Below are positions 21,927 to 31,341 of a stretch of DNA of 50,806 nucleotides, in pieces (the first letter of the stretch is position 1; every line of letters begins with the position of its first letter). The translations under genes were made by a program, and so were the position numbers. Source of the DNA: Candidatus Pacearchaeota archaeon (lineage in GTDB: Archaea > Nanobdellota > Nanobdellia > Pacearchaeales > GW2011-AR1); the NCBI GenBank assembly GCA_019662115.1, contig JAIFVW010000004.1, forward strand, positions 1 to 50,806. Reading direction: 5' to 3'. The notes beneath the pieces were generated by a model that was not told the origin of the DNA, did no database searches, and saw only the letters and a program-made list of their open reading frames with translations.

Positions 21927-21963
21927 TCATAATGTTTTTAAACCCCTTTTTGCTTTTAAAACA

Positions 21964-22542
21964 ATGAAAAGGAACGTTCTTATTGGAATAATCATTGTGG
22001 TTGTTGTCATTGTTGCATTTCTTGCCTTTGGTTTGAAGGGAGGTTCTTCTCCTTCAATTAGCGCTCCTGATCCAAAATGCGGCACTATAGATATTTCTAA
22101 GGGAAGCGAACTCATCACGGGTAAATCGAAATCCCTTATCTGCCTTTCTGACTCTGTAAAAGAATGTACAAGTTCTAGGTCAATCATTGTAGGAAATGAA
22201 ACTACCAAGGAATTGGAAGGGACATTCTCGGTAGATAATACAGGATCTACATGCGATCTCACCTTCGAGATGGAGAATTCAACCATCAGTTGCAATTATA
22301 AAAAAGAGCAATTGCAAATAGAATATGATAGTATCTCTGCTGATATAGGGCAGGAAAACGCAACCTATGTTTACGGTCTTAGCATGATTGTCGCGATGAA
22401 CCTTCAGGTAAGGCTCTCTCTTTTTGCCCAACATTTCGCTGAAGCATCTGCACCTTCTGGCGTAGAATATGTTAATATGACCTTCACTGATCCAGCTAGT
22501 GGAGATGTTGAAGAGATACCGTGCACGTTCTCCCCAAAGTAA
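21964..22542 (+). CDS. Membrane-anchored extracellular protein
   Basis: The internal start gives MKRNVLIGIIIVVVVIVAFLAFGL as a signal anchor. The track start at 21892 overlaps the aIF-1A gene. Confidence 0.5.
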   Translation: MKRNVLIGIIIVVVVIVAFLAFGLKGGSSPSISAPDPKCGTIDISKGSELITGKSKSLICLSDSVKECTSSRSIIVGNETTKELEGTFSVDNTGSTCDLTFEMENSTISCNYKKEQLQIEYDSISADIGQENATYVYGLSMIVAMNLQVRLSLFAQHFAEASAPSGVEYVNMTFTDPASGDVEEIPCTFSPK

Positions 22543-22571
22543 AGGAAAACCTTTAAATTGTTATTTTTGCT

Positions 22572-25040
22572 ATGCCTTTGATGAAAGAAACTGATTTTGC
22601 AAAAATTGAAAAGAAATGGCAGAAAGCTTGGGAAGACAAAAAGGCCTTTGAGGTAAAAGAAGACAAAAAGAAGCAGAAGTACTACGTCCTTGAAATGTTC
22701 CCTTATCCTTCTGGAACAGGATTGCATATGGGACATGCTCATAATTATAATATTGGTGATATATATTCAAGATTCAAGAGGATGCAAGGGTTCAATGTTC
22801 TACATCCTATGGGATTTGATTCTTTTGGATTGCCTGCCGAAAATGCTGCAATAAAGGCAAAGTCACATCCGAAAAAATTTACTGAGGAGGCAATTGCAAA
22901 CTTTATCAGGCAGATGAAGGATCTCGGACTAAGCTATGACTGGAGCAGGATGGTTGAGACCCACAAGCCTGACTATTATAGGTGGGATCAATGGATTTTC
23001 TTAAAGATGTATGAGAAGGGGCTTGTATACAGGAAGAAGTCTCCGGTAAATTGGTGCCCTAAATGCAACACTGTCTTGGCCAACGAACAAGTTATAGGAG
23101 GGAAGTGCTGGAGACATGAGGATACAAATGTGGAAATCAAGCATCTTGAACAGTGGTTCTTTAAGATCACTCATTATGCTGATGAAATTTACGAGGATTT
23201 GAACAAGCTGGATGACTGGCCTGAACTGATTAAGAGATTACAGAGAAATTGGATTGGCAAGAGCGAGGGAGCCGAGATAGATTTTATAATAAATAAGGAG
23301 AAATGGAAGATATTCACAACAAGGCCAGACACTATATTTGGAGTGACTTTCTTGGTTATTTCTGCTCAACATCCAAGATTGATGGATATTGTGACCTCCG
23401 AGCAGAAGGCTAAGGTTCAGGGATTTGTTAAAAAACTACATTCTGTCAAAGAGGAAGACTTGGATAAGATGGAGAAGGAAGGAGTTTTTACTGGAGCCTA
23501 TGCATCCCATCCTCTGACTGGGGAGAAAATTCCAGTCTATGCGGGGAATTTTGTTCTTGCTGATTATGGAAGTGGAATGGTAATGGGAGTTCCTGCTCAT
23601 GACGAAAGAGACTATGAGTTTGCAAAGAAATACAAGCTTCCTATAAAATATGTGGTAAAACCTGAAAAAGCTGAGAAGATAGAAGGAGCATATGAAGGTG
23701 TAGGAATCCTGGTAAATTCAGATAGCTTCAATGGACTGCAGACAGCAGAGGCAAAAGAGCACATCATTAAGGTTCTTGAAACCAAAAAATTGGGTAAAAA
23801 AGTAATTAATTTCAGATTAAGGGACTGGTTGATATCAAGACAGAGATTTTGGGGGACACCTATACCTATCGTTTATTGTGACAAGTGCGGAGTGGTGCCT
23901 GTTCCTGAAAAGGATCTTCCCATAGTCCTTCCTGAAAAAATAGAGTTCAAGGGGGTAAGCAATCCATTGCTTCAGTATAAGCCATTTTTGGAGGCAAAGT
24001 GCCCTAATTGCAAGGGTCCTGCAAGAAGGGAAACGGATACAATGGACACGTTTGTTAATTCATCATGGTATTTCTTGAGATATTGCGACTCTCATAATGA
24101 TAAAAAGATTTTTGATTCAGCAAAGGCAAATTATTGGTGCCCGATTGATGTCTATGTGGGTGGCAAAGAGCATGCATGCCTTCATCTGATATATTTTAGA
24201 TTTTATACCAAGTTCCTAAGAGACTTAGGTCTTATAAATTTTGGAGAGCCTGCTAGAAGATTGTTCAATCAGGGATTTCTTTTAGGGCCTGATGGGGAGA
24301 GGATGAGCAAATCGAAAGGCAATGTTATACTTCCTGAGGTAGTATCTAAAAAGTATGGGATAGACGTTGCCAGGTTGTTTTTGGTCTCTATAGCCTCTCC
24401 TGATAAAGACATAATGTGGAGTGATGAAGGCATTGATGGTACGTTTAGGTTCTTAAAAAGAGTATTCTCGTATGTTTCAAATATGAAGGAAGGAAAGACA
24501 AGCAAGAAGATTGAAAGCAAGATTCACAGCACGATAAAGAAAATAACTGAGGAGATTGAAAACTTCAAATATAATCTGGCAGTAATAAGATTAAGAGAAC
24601 TTTTTGAGAGTTTTGAGCATGAAAGCATTGCGAAAAGTGATTTTAATTTGTTTATCAGGCTCTTGTCACCATTTGCTCCACACCTCTCCGAGGAGCTCTG
24701 GCAAATTATCGGAAACAAAGGATTCGTTTCGCTTGCTCCATGGCCAGAGGCAGATGAAAAAAAGATTGATGAAAAATTTGAACAGGCTGAAAAATCTGCT
24801 GACAAGACAGTTTCAGACATTTTGAATGTTCTTAGAATTGTCGACGAGAAAAAAGGCAAGGCAAATAAAGTTTATGTATATGTTATGCCATTTGAACTGG
24901 AATATTATGACTCCAACGAACTCACAAAAAGAGTTGGAAAGCCAGTCATGGTGTTTTCGGTCAGTGACAAAAAGAAACATGATCCACAGGGCAAGGCAAG
25001 CAAGGCAAAGCCTGGAAAACCAGGCATCTATGTCGAGTAA
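22572..25040 (+). CDS. leuS: Leucyl-tRNA synthetase, bacterial-type architecture
   Basis: Contains MFPYPSGTGLHMGHAHNY, PMGFDSFGLPAENAA, VNWCPKCNTVLANEQV and ERMSKSKGN. Confidence 0.9.
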   Translation: MPLMKETDFAKIEKKWQKAWEDKKAFEVKEDKKKQKYYVLEMFPYPSGTGLHMGHAHNYNIGDIYSRFKRMQGFNVLHPMGFDSFGLPAENAAIKAKSHPKKFTEEAIANFIRQMKDLGLSYDWSRMVETHKPDYYRWDQWIFLKMYEKGLVYRKKSPVNWCPKCNTVLANEQVIGGKCWRHEDTNVEIKHLEQWFFKITHYADEIYEDLNKLDDWPELIKRLQRNWIGKSEGAEIDFIINKEKWKIFTTRPDTIFGVTFLVISAQHPRLMDIVTSEQKAKVQGFVKKLHSVKEEDLDKMEKEGVFTGAYASHPLTGEKIPVYAGNFVLADYGSGMVMGVPAHDERDYEFAKKYKLPIKYVVKPEKAEKIEGAYEGVGILVNSDSFNGLQTAEAKEHIIKVLETKKLGKKVINFRLRDWLISRQRFWGTPIPIVYCDKCGVVPVPEKDLPIVLPEKIEFKGVSNPLLQYKPFLEAKCPNCKGPARRETDTMDTFVNSSWYFLRYCDSHNDKKIFDSAKANYWCPIDVYVGGKEHACLHLIYFRFYTKFLRDLGLINFGEPARRLFNQGFLLGPDGERMSKSKGNVILPEVVSKKYGIDVARLFLVSIASPDKDIMWSDEGIDGTFRFLKRVFSYVSNMKEGKTSKKIESKIHSTIKKITEEIENFKYNLAVIRLRELFESFEHESIAKSDFNLFIRLLSPFAPHLSEELWQIIGNKGFVSLAPWPEADEKKIDEKFEQAEKSADKTVSDILNVLRIVDEKKGKANKVYVYVMPFELEYYDSNELTKRVGKPVMVFSVSDKKKHDPQGKASKAKPGKPGIYVE

Positions 25041-25208
25041 TTTTCTAAAATTCAAGAAAACTAATTTTATTTGTCTCTTTTAAGTTGTTCTGTCACAAAA
25101 AAGATGTTTTGTCATTGCTAAGTTGTTTCGTATAAAAGGTTGATTATAAGTAAATATATATTTCTCCAAGCGATATGAGTATTTAAATAAGAATTTGTTT
25201 TATCCGCT

Positions 25209-25451
25209 ATGAAACAGAACGAATGCGTTATACCTGAACACTGCATCGGATGCGGAAGGGTTTTTGATGTGTGGTCTTATCACTTAAACAGTAATGATAA
25301 CAGCCTAGGATTCGAAGAATTTTTCTGCGATGAGTGCCAGAAGCACGTTTCTTTGGTTGATGATGTTCTTGAGTTCGACAATGAAGAGAAGGAGTATGAA
25401 CTTGTTGAGGAATTTTTGGGAGGTGAGGATGCATCACTATCTCCTGCCTGA
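25209..25451 (+). CDS. Small CxxC...CxxC zinc-ribbon-like protein with an acidic tail (80 aa)
   Basis: Cys motifs are VIPEHCIGCGRVFDVW and FFCDECQ. Confidence 0.5.
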   Translation: MKQNECVIPEHCIGCGRVFDVWSYHLNSNDNSLGFEEFFCDECQKHVSLVDDVLEFDNEEKEYELVEEFLGGEDASLSPA

Positions 25452-25557
25452 GAAGTGTTTTGACTGCGGGGAGATTTTTGATTTATTGTATGACATGGAC
25501 TGTGCTTCTCTGGAAGAGCAGCAAATTATAATGGACTTGTGCTGGGAGTGCAGATGA
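25429..25557 (+). CDS. Small CxxC...CxxC zinc-ribbon-like protein (42 aa), paralog of the upstream ORF
   Basis: MHHYLLPEKCFDCGEIFDLLYDMDCASLEEQQIIMDLCWECR. GGAGGTGA lies just before the ATG at 25429. The ORF overlaps the end of the upstream ORF by 23 nt. Confidence 0.5.
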   Translation: MHHYLLPEKCFDCGEIFDLLYDMDCASLEEQQIIMDLCWECR

Positions 25558-25733
25558 AGGTTACAATAACTGTAACAACCGGGAAGGGAGGCGATTCGAG
25601 GGAAGAAGAGGTTCAGAAGACCCTCGAGACTATTTTTATTATTGAACGTTATTTTCAACAGACTTTAGGCCTTAGGGCTGTAAACGGAAAGGGCCATGAG
25701 GATGGCACAAGCCTTATCCTTGAACCTTATTAG
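25554..25733 (+). CDS. Small hypothetical protein (59 aa), ATGA-coupled to the preceding ORF
   Basis: MKVTITVTTGKGGDSREEEVQKTLETIFIIERYF. Start and stop overlap at 25554-25557. Confidence 0.4.
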   Translation: MKVTITVTTGKGGDSREEEVQKTLETIFIIERYFQQTLGLRAVNGKGHEDGTSLILEPY

Positions 25734-25769
25734 CTATATATTTATTAATCTGTTTTTTTCCTTGATTTA

Positions 25770-26546
25770 ATGAATGAACTTATTTCCTCTCTCATATTGG
25801 CAGTCGTGCAGGGGATAGCTGAATGGTTTCCTATATCAAGCAAAGGGCATCTTGTTCTTGTTTCGTATCTTATAGGGTTCAACAACACTCTTCAGTTTGA
25901 TGTCGCGGTCCATTTTGGGACACTAATGGCGGTTTTTGTATATTTTGGAAAGGATATAGTAGACATATTAGAAGATCTATTAAAGGGAAAATGGAAGAGT
26001 CCAAAAGCAAGGATGGGATTCTTGCTCATTGTTGCAAGCATTCCAGCGGCTTTCATAGGATATATTTTAAGACATTTCGTTGAGGAGATACTAAATAATC
26101 TTGTTGTTGTTGCTTTAGGGTTTGCCATTACAGGGATTATACTATTGATAGGAAGCCTTGACTTCAAGGTTAGAAAGCAGACTCCTAGCTTTAAGGATTC
26201 TTTTCTTATAGGACTTGCACAATCCATGGCTGTGTTTCCAGGTATCTCAAGAAGCGGGACTACTATTTCCAGCGGCCTTCTTTTGGGGTTAAATGAAAAG
26301 CAGGCAGTAAAATTTTCCTTCTTGATGGCGATTCCTGTTATTTTTGGAGCAGGAATCATAGAGATTGGAAACAATACACTTCCATCGAACTTATTATGGG
26401 CTACCCTAGTTTCATTTATCATAGGACTTGCAACTATTCATATTCTTCTGAAGTTTGTTCTTACATCTAAAAAGAATTTAAGATGGTTTGCTGCATACGC
26501 TTTCCTAATTTCGTTGGCAGTCATAGTCTATCTTTTGACAAGATGA
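25770..26546 (+). CDS. uppP: Undecaprenyl-diphosphate phosphatase (BacA/UppP)
   Basis: Contains QGIAEWFPISSKGHL and PGISRSGTTISSGLLLG. Confidence 0.9.
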   Translation: MNELISSLILAVVQGIAEWFPISSKGHLVLVSYLIGFNNTLQFDVAVHFGTLMAVFVYFGKDIVDILEDLLKGKWKSPKARMGFLLIVASIPAAFIGYILRHFVEEILNNLVVVALGFAITGIILLIGSLDFKVRKQTPSFKDSFLIGLAQSMAVFPGISRSGTTISSGLLLGLNEKQAVKFSFLMAIPVIFGAGIIEIGNNTLPSNLLWATLVSFIIGLATIHILLKFVLTSKKNLRWFAAYAFLISLAVIVYLLTR

Positions 26547-28316
26547 TTATTCTACAATTGCCTTTATTCTTCGAATTCCAGAGGCTACAGACTCTTCTTT
26601 TATTATTTTGAATCTGCCAATCTCTCGTGTATTGGATACATGGGGACCTGTGCAGATTTCCTTGCTGAACCATGTTTTCTTGTCTCCAATTGTGTAGACT
26701 GATACCAATTCAGGGTATTTTGTTCCGAATTCTGCCTGAGCTCCTGATTCGGTGGCTTGAGAGAGAGGTATCTCTTCACGGTGGACTGGAAGAGCCTCAT
26801 CTATCCTTTTGTTCACCCAGTCTTCAATTTTTTTTATCTCTTCAGGAGTAAGTTTTCTTGGAAAGTTAAAATCAAATCTCATTCTTTCAGGGGTAATGTT
26901 AGATCCTTTTTGATGTATATTTTTATCAAGAACTTTTCTTAGTGCTTCGTTAAGAAGATGAGTGGCTGTATGTAGTTTCTTTGTTGCTTCACTATTGTCG
27001 GCAAGGCCTGATTTGAATATTCCAGCTGAAGATATCCTGCTTAGATCCTGATGCTTTTTGTATTCTTCATTATATTCATCCAGATCGACCTTTATTTCTT
27101 TTTCCTCGGCCAACTCCTGAGTCATCTCAATGGGGAATCCATAGCTTTGGAATAAAAGAAAAGCCTCTTTTCCTGTAATGATCTTGTTCTTTGCAACTTC
27201 ATTGAATTTCTTCAGGCCTTTTTCAAGAGTCTCTTTAAACCTAGTTTCCTCTTCGTCTAATTCAGAAACAATGAATTTGTGATTTCTATGCAACTCTTGA
27301 TAGTCTGGATATACAGGAAGAACTGCCTTTGCAACTTTTGATGTGAAATTCTCTTCCATTCCAATCAATCGGCCGTATCTTATTGCTCTTCTTATGAGTC
27401 TCCTAAGGACATAACCCTGACCTATATTAGATGGCTTTATTCCTCTTTGATCTCCTAGGATAAAAGTCGCAGCCCTTATGTGATCTGCAATTATTCTCAT
27501 CTCTCTTTTATTTTCATCGTATTTTTTTCCGGATATCTTCTCTATTTCTCTTATTACAGGAATAAATATTGAAGTCTGGTAGTTGTCCTCTATTCCATTT
27601 AAGACGGCAAAAGTTCTTTCGACTCCCATTCCTGTATCAACGTTTTTCTGCTTTAGAGGAATATATCTTCCATCTTTTGTCTTTTCATACTGCATTAAAA
27701 CATCATTCCATATTTCTACCCAGTCATCATCATTAGGATCAAATTTCTTAGGAGCCTTCCTGCTGTTTGGCTTCCAGTAGAACATTTCAGTGTCAGGACC
27801 GCATGGACCTGTTTCCCCTGCAGGCCCCCACCAGTTGTTCTTTTTTGGAAGATATGCAATTCTTTCTTCGGGGATTCCTAGCTTTTTCCATGTTTTAGCC
27901 GACTCCTCATCTTTTGATGCATCTTTATCTCCTGCGAAAACACTTACAGCCAGCCTTTCCAATGGGAGTTTCAGGGTTTTTGTAAGAAATTCAAAGCTGT
28001 ATTCAATAGCCTCTTTCTTAAAGTAGTCTCCAAGGCTCCAGTTCCCAAGCATCTCGAAAAAAGTGTGATGCACAGTGTCTCCGACTTCCTCAATATCTTG
28101 AGTCCTGATACACTTTTGAACATCTACAAGTCTTTTCCCAAGCGAATGCTTTTGCCCTAAAAGAAAAGGAACTAAAGGATGCATTCCTGCAGTCGTGAAT
28201 AGAACAGTAGGATCATTTTCAGGAATAAGAGAGGATGAAGGAATCTCTTTATGTTCCTTAGACTTAAAGAAATCTATGTATTCTCTTATAAGATCCTGTC
28301 TTTTATCCAGTTTCAT
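26547..28316 (-). CDS. alaS: Alanyl-tRNA synthetase, short bacterial-type form ending after the editing domain (no C-Ala domain)
   Basis: Contains DPTVLFTTAGMHP, QKCIRTQDIEEVGDTVHHTFFEMLGNWSLGDYFK, TGPCGPDTEMFY, the editing motif HTATHLLNEALR and CTGPHV close to the C-terminus. Total 589 aa. Confidence 0.9.
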   Translation of the reverse strand: MKLDKRQDLIREYIDFFKSKEHKEIPSSSLIPENDPTVLFTTAGMHPLVPFLLGQKHSLGKRLVDVQKCIRTQDIEEVGDTVHHTFFEMLGNWSLGDYFKKEAIEYSFEFLTKTLKLPLERLAVSVFAGDKDASKDEESAKTWKKLGIPEERIAYLPKKNNWWGPAGETGPCGPDTEMFYWKPNSRKAPKKFDPNDDDWVEIWNDVLMQYEKTKDGRYIPLKQKNVDTGMGVERTFAVLNGIEDNYQTSIFIPVIREIEKISGKKYDENKREMRIIADHIRAATFILGDQRGIKPSNIGQGYVLRRLIRRAIRYGRLIGMEENFTSKVAKAVLPVYPDYQELHRNHKFIVSELDEEETRFKETLEKGLKKFNEVAKNKIITGKEAFLLFQSYGFPIEMTQELAEEKEIKVDLDEYNEEYKKHQDLSRISSAGIFKSGLADNSEATKKLHTATHLLNEALRKVLDKNIHQKGSNITPERMRFDFNFPRKLTPEEIKKIEDWVNKRIDEALPVHREEIPLSQATESGAQAEFGTKYPELVSVYTIGDKKTWFSKEICTGPHVSNTREIGRFKIIKEESVASGIRRIKAIVE

Positions 28317-28350
28317 GCACAGAGAGAAGGAGAGAGCTATTTAAAATTAA

Positions 28351-28686
28351 TCATGCCTGAAGACGAGAGAGCTTTTTCTTTATTTCATCCAACTCTTCTT
28401 CTATGGTGATCACATCTTTGTCAGTTATCATATCTTCCCTTATTTTTTGATTGTGGGTGACGAAGTTGCCTTTTGGAAGAATCTTACTTAGAGCTTCAAG
28501 TGAAACTATCGCATCATCTAGCTTGTTTTTTAGAGATACTCTTAATACGAGCTCTTCCTTCCTCAGCCTAATGTATTCCTTGAGGTGCTTTATATTATTA
28601 AGAAGCTCAAGCTGGGCATGAAGAAGATTTTTTTGGCCATAGAATTTTTCAGAAACTGAGATGCGGACATATTCAGAGGAACTCAT
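28351..28686 (-). CDS. Coiled-coil protein (111 aa), function unknown
   Basis: Heptad-rich sequence. Its start overlaps the upstream gene's stop by 4 nt. Confidence 0.5.
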   Translation of the reverse strand: MSSSEYVRISVSEKFYGQKNLLHAQLELLNNIKHLKEYIRLRKEELVLRVSLKNKLDDAIVSLEALSKILPKGNFVTHNQKIREDMITDKDVITIEEELDEIKKKLSRLQA

Positions 28687-29243
28687 TCTAATTTCTCAAA
28701 TATATTTTGAGTTACATCCTGTATTCTTGCTTTTATTGCAAGCATCTCTTTTTCCCATGCTGCAAGCTCCTGCTCTTCCTTTATCTTTGTCTCTCTTATT
28801 CTTTTAAGAACTTCATCTATCGACCTTAGCTTTTCCTTTGTATCCTCAAGAGATCTTCGCGCGGAATGGAATTTCTCTATCTTGATGAAAACATCTGCAC
28901 TTTTTTGGGAGGACTTTGGAAACTCTGGAGTGAATGGTTCCTGCTTTTCATCTCGAGGCTCAAATGAGGCTGGAGGGGCCTGCCATTCTTCCATCTCCAC
29001 GGTCTTAAACTGCCTTTCGTCTGTTGAGGAGTCTTCGATAGAATCATTCTCTATTGCATCTTTTATAGCTGCCTGGGAGAAGCCATGCTGCATAGCTGAA
29101 TCAGGAAATGAAGGAAGACTATGCTTCTCAACAGGTTCATCGTCTTCAGGAATTGGCCGTACTTCAACACCGCTTTGAGGCATTAACTTTAAAGGAGGAA
29201 GGTCAGGCAAACTTTTCTTTTCATCTTTTTTATCCCAAAACAT
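28683..29243 (-). CDS. Protein with an acidic, Pro-rich disordered N-terminus and a C-terminal coiled coil (186 aa), function unknown
   Basis: C-terminus reads ADVFIKIEKFHSARRSLEDTKEKLRSIDEVLKRIRETKIKEEQELAAWEKEMLAIKARIQ. Confidence 0.5.
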   Translation of the reverse strand: MFWDKKDEKKSLPDLPPLKLMPQSGVEVRPIPEDDEPVEKHSLPSFPDSAMQHGFSQAAIKDAIENDSIEDSSTDERQFKTVEMEEWQAPPASFEPRDEKQEPFTPEFPKSSQKSADVFIKIEKFHSARRSLEDTKEKLRSIDEVLKRIRETKIKEEQELAAWEKEMLAIKARIQDVTQNIFEKLE

Positions 29244-29343
29244 AAGGCTAGATTTTTAAATTAATTTATATAGGTTTATATTAATTGTATAATGGTAACA
29301 AACTCCTAGAAATCTTTTTAATGCCACTTCTTTAAGAGAGTAT

Positions 29344-30030
29344 ATGCAAGTTGACCTTCTCAAGGATATTGTCGCTTCTGTCGCAAGCAAAAACGCTGTT
29401 GGAATCGTAGATCTCCTTCATGGCAAAAAAAATGTAAATGAGTTTTTAATTGCAAAAAAACTCAACCTCACAATAAACCAAACAAGAAATATTCTTTACA
29501 AACTCTCTGATGAGGGGCTTGTCAGCTTCATAAGAAAAAAAGACAGCAAAAAGGGAGGATGGTATACCTATTTTTGGACACTTAATTCAGGAAAAAGCCT
29601 AGTCAAGTTCAGGGAAAAGCTTCTAAAGAATATAGAAGACCTAAAATCCCAGGCAGCGACGAGAAAAACGAAGCAATTCTTCTTCTGCCCTAACTGCACA
29701 ATAGAGTATACTGAGGAAAATGCCCTGTTGCATGACTATACCTGCCCTGAATGCGGAGAGATACTTCAAGTTAAGGAGAGCAGCGCAGACATAGCAGGCC
29801 TAGAAAAGGAAGTTTCAAGGCTGGAAGTGATTCTCCACAACATTAATGAAGAGATAGGTACTATTAGTAAGAAGGAAGAACAGGCTAGAGGAAGAAGATT
29901 CAAGGCAGAAGCTAAAAAGAAAGAAGAAGAAAGACTTGCCAGAAAGAAAGAAAGAGCCCGATTGAAGATCAAGGAAGAAAAAGCATCTAAAAAAGTCGCC
30001 AAGAAACCTTCCAAGAAGAAACGTTCTTAA
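29344..30030 (+). CDS. tfe: Transcription factor E (TFE-alpha/TFIIE-alpha homolog) with a basic K/E/R tail
   Basis: wHTH reads EFLIAKKLNLTINQTRNILYKLSDEGLVSFIRKKDSKKGGWYTYFWTLN. Zinc ribbon reads CPNCTIEYT...YTCPECG. Confidence 0.8.
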   Translation: MQVDLLKDIVASVASKNAVGIVDLLHGKKNVNEFLIAKKLNLTINQTRNILYKLSDEGLVSFIRKKDSKKGGWYTYFWTLNSGKSLVKFREKLLKNIEDLKSQAATRKTKQFFFCPNCTIEYTEENALLHDYTCPECGEILQVKESSADIAGLEKEVSRLEVILHNINEEIGTISKKEEQARGRRFKAEAKKKEEERLARKKERARLKIKEEKASKKVAKKPSKKKRS

Positions 30031-30034
30031 TACT

Positions 30035-30766
30035 ATGAATAATAGAGTCTATGCAATTTCAAGACCAAGAAGTATACGAGAGAGACTTTCATCCATCTCT
30101 ACTGTAGGATTGCTTATAATAATAACCACTCTCATTTCTATGATAGAGTTTACTTTGCTAGTATTTTCATCATGTGATCCTCAGTCAACCACATGTTGGG
30201 TGCTTGATTATTTCGCCTTAAAGCCAAGCAATATCCTAGCTGGAAAATATCTTTGGACTCTAGTCCTTCATATATTCTCTCATGGCGGAGCGGTGCATTT
30301 GCTTGTAAATATGTTTGTCCTGTTCTCTCTTGGAGGATTATGCGAAAAAATAATCGGGCGCAAGAGGTTCTTGTGGTTTTATATTATTTCAGGAGTATTT
30401 GCGGGGTTGCTTTCAGTAGTACTATCCATATTGTATGGGAACACACTATTAGGAGCAAAGATTTTTGGAGATCCCAGCACTTATATGCTTGGAGCTTCGG
30501 GAGCGATATTCGCAATTGCAGGACTTTTTGTAATGCTCCTTCCGAGGCTAAGATTTTCCATCATTTTCCTTCCATTTTTCTCACTGCCTGCATACATAAT
30601 GGTTCCATTGGTATTAATCTTAACATGGGTTGCAACTCTTGCATCCAATCTTCCTATAGGAAATGTAGCCCATTTTGGGGGATTTATTGCAGGCATAGCC
30701 TATGGATTTTATCTTAAAACTAAATATAGAAAGAAAGTGATGATGCTTCAGCAGATGTTTAAATGA
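30035..30766 (+). CDS. Rhomboid-family intramembrane serine protease
   Basis: Contains HLLVNM, GASGAIFAIAG and AHFGGFIAG in a polytopic membrane protein. Confidence 0.8.
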   Translation: MNNRVYAISRPRSIRERLSSISTVGLLIIITTLISMIEFTLLVFSSCDPQSTTCWVLDYFALKPSNILAGKYLWTLVLHIFSHGGAVHLLVNMFVLFSLGGLCEKIIGRKRFLWFYIISGVFAGLLSVVLSILYGNTLLGAKIFGDPSTYMLGASGAIFAIAGLFVMLLPRLRFSIIFLPFFSLPAYIMVPLVLILTWVATLASNLPIGNVAHFGGFIAGIAYGFYLKTKYRKKVMMLQQMFK

Positions 30767-31341
30767 GTAACCTAAAATTAAATACAAAAAAGCAGTGGAA
30801 TGAGGCCGTGTCTTACTTGAATGAAAGCAAATACTACATTCTTTTCATAATTGCGATTTTTCTTGTAAGTGTTTTTGCAGGGTTCTTCTATCCTGAAAAA
30901 TTTACAATGATCAATGAATTGATAAGAGATCTTATTTCGAAGACACAAGATTTGAAAGGGCCTTCTCTTATTCTTTATATATTGCAGAATAATGTGACCA
31001 GTGCATTTCTAGGACTTATTCTAGGTATCGGATTAGGAATATTCTCATTGGCAAATGCAGTAGTCAATGGAGTCGTAATAGGATATGTAATGAACAAGGT
31101 CTATGTAATTGCAGGAGCTGGAGAATTTTGGAGGCTTTTACCACATGGGATATTTGAGCTTCCAGCAATCTTCATTTCTCTTGGACTTGGATTAAAGCTT
31201 GGAATGTTCGTCTTCGCGAAAAACAAGAAAAAAGAATTAAAGACGAGATTTTACAAGTCTATGAATGCATTCCTCTTGATTGTACTTCCCCTATTAATCA
31301 TTGCAGCTATCATTGAGGGCACTTTAATCACTTTGATTTAG
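30763..31341 (+). CDS. SpoIIM-like (stage II sporulation protein M family) membrane protein
   Basis: Contains ILQNNVTSAFLGLILG and LPHGIFELPAIFISLGLGLKLG. Confidence 0.6.
   Translation: MSNLKLNTKKQWNEAVSYLNESKYYILFIIAIFLVSVFAGFFYPEKFTMINELIRDLISKTQDLKGPSLILYILQNNVTSAFLGLILGIGLGIFSLANAVVNGVVIGYVMNKVYVIAGAGEFWRLLPHGIFELPAIFISLGLGLKLGMFVFAKNKKKELKTRFYKSMNAFLLIVLPLLIIAAIIEGTLITLI

Noticed and set aside
25041-25208. 168-nt AT-rich spacer after leuS with short AAGTTGTT repeats, considered as an ncRNA or mobile-element scar
   Set aside because: There is no stable stem-loop, no tRNA-like segment and no ORF. It is consistent with an ordinary terminator and promoter region for the downstream micro-operon.
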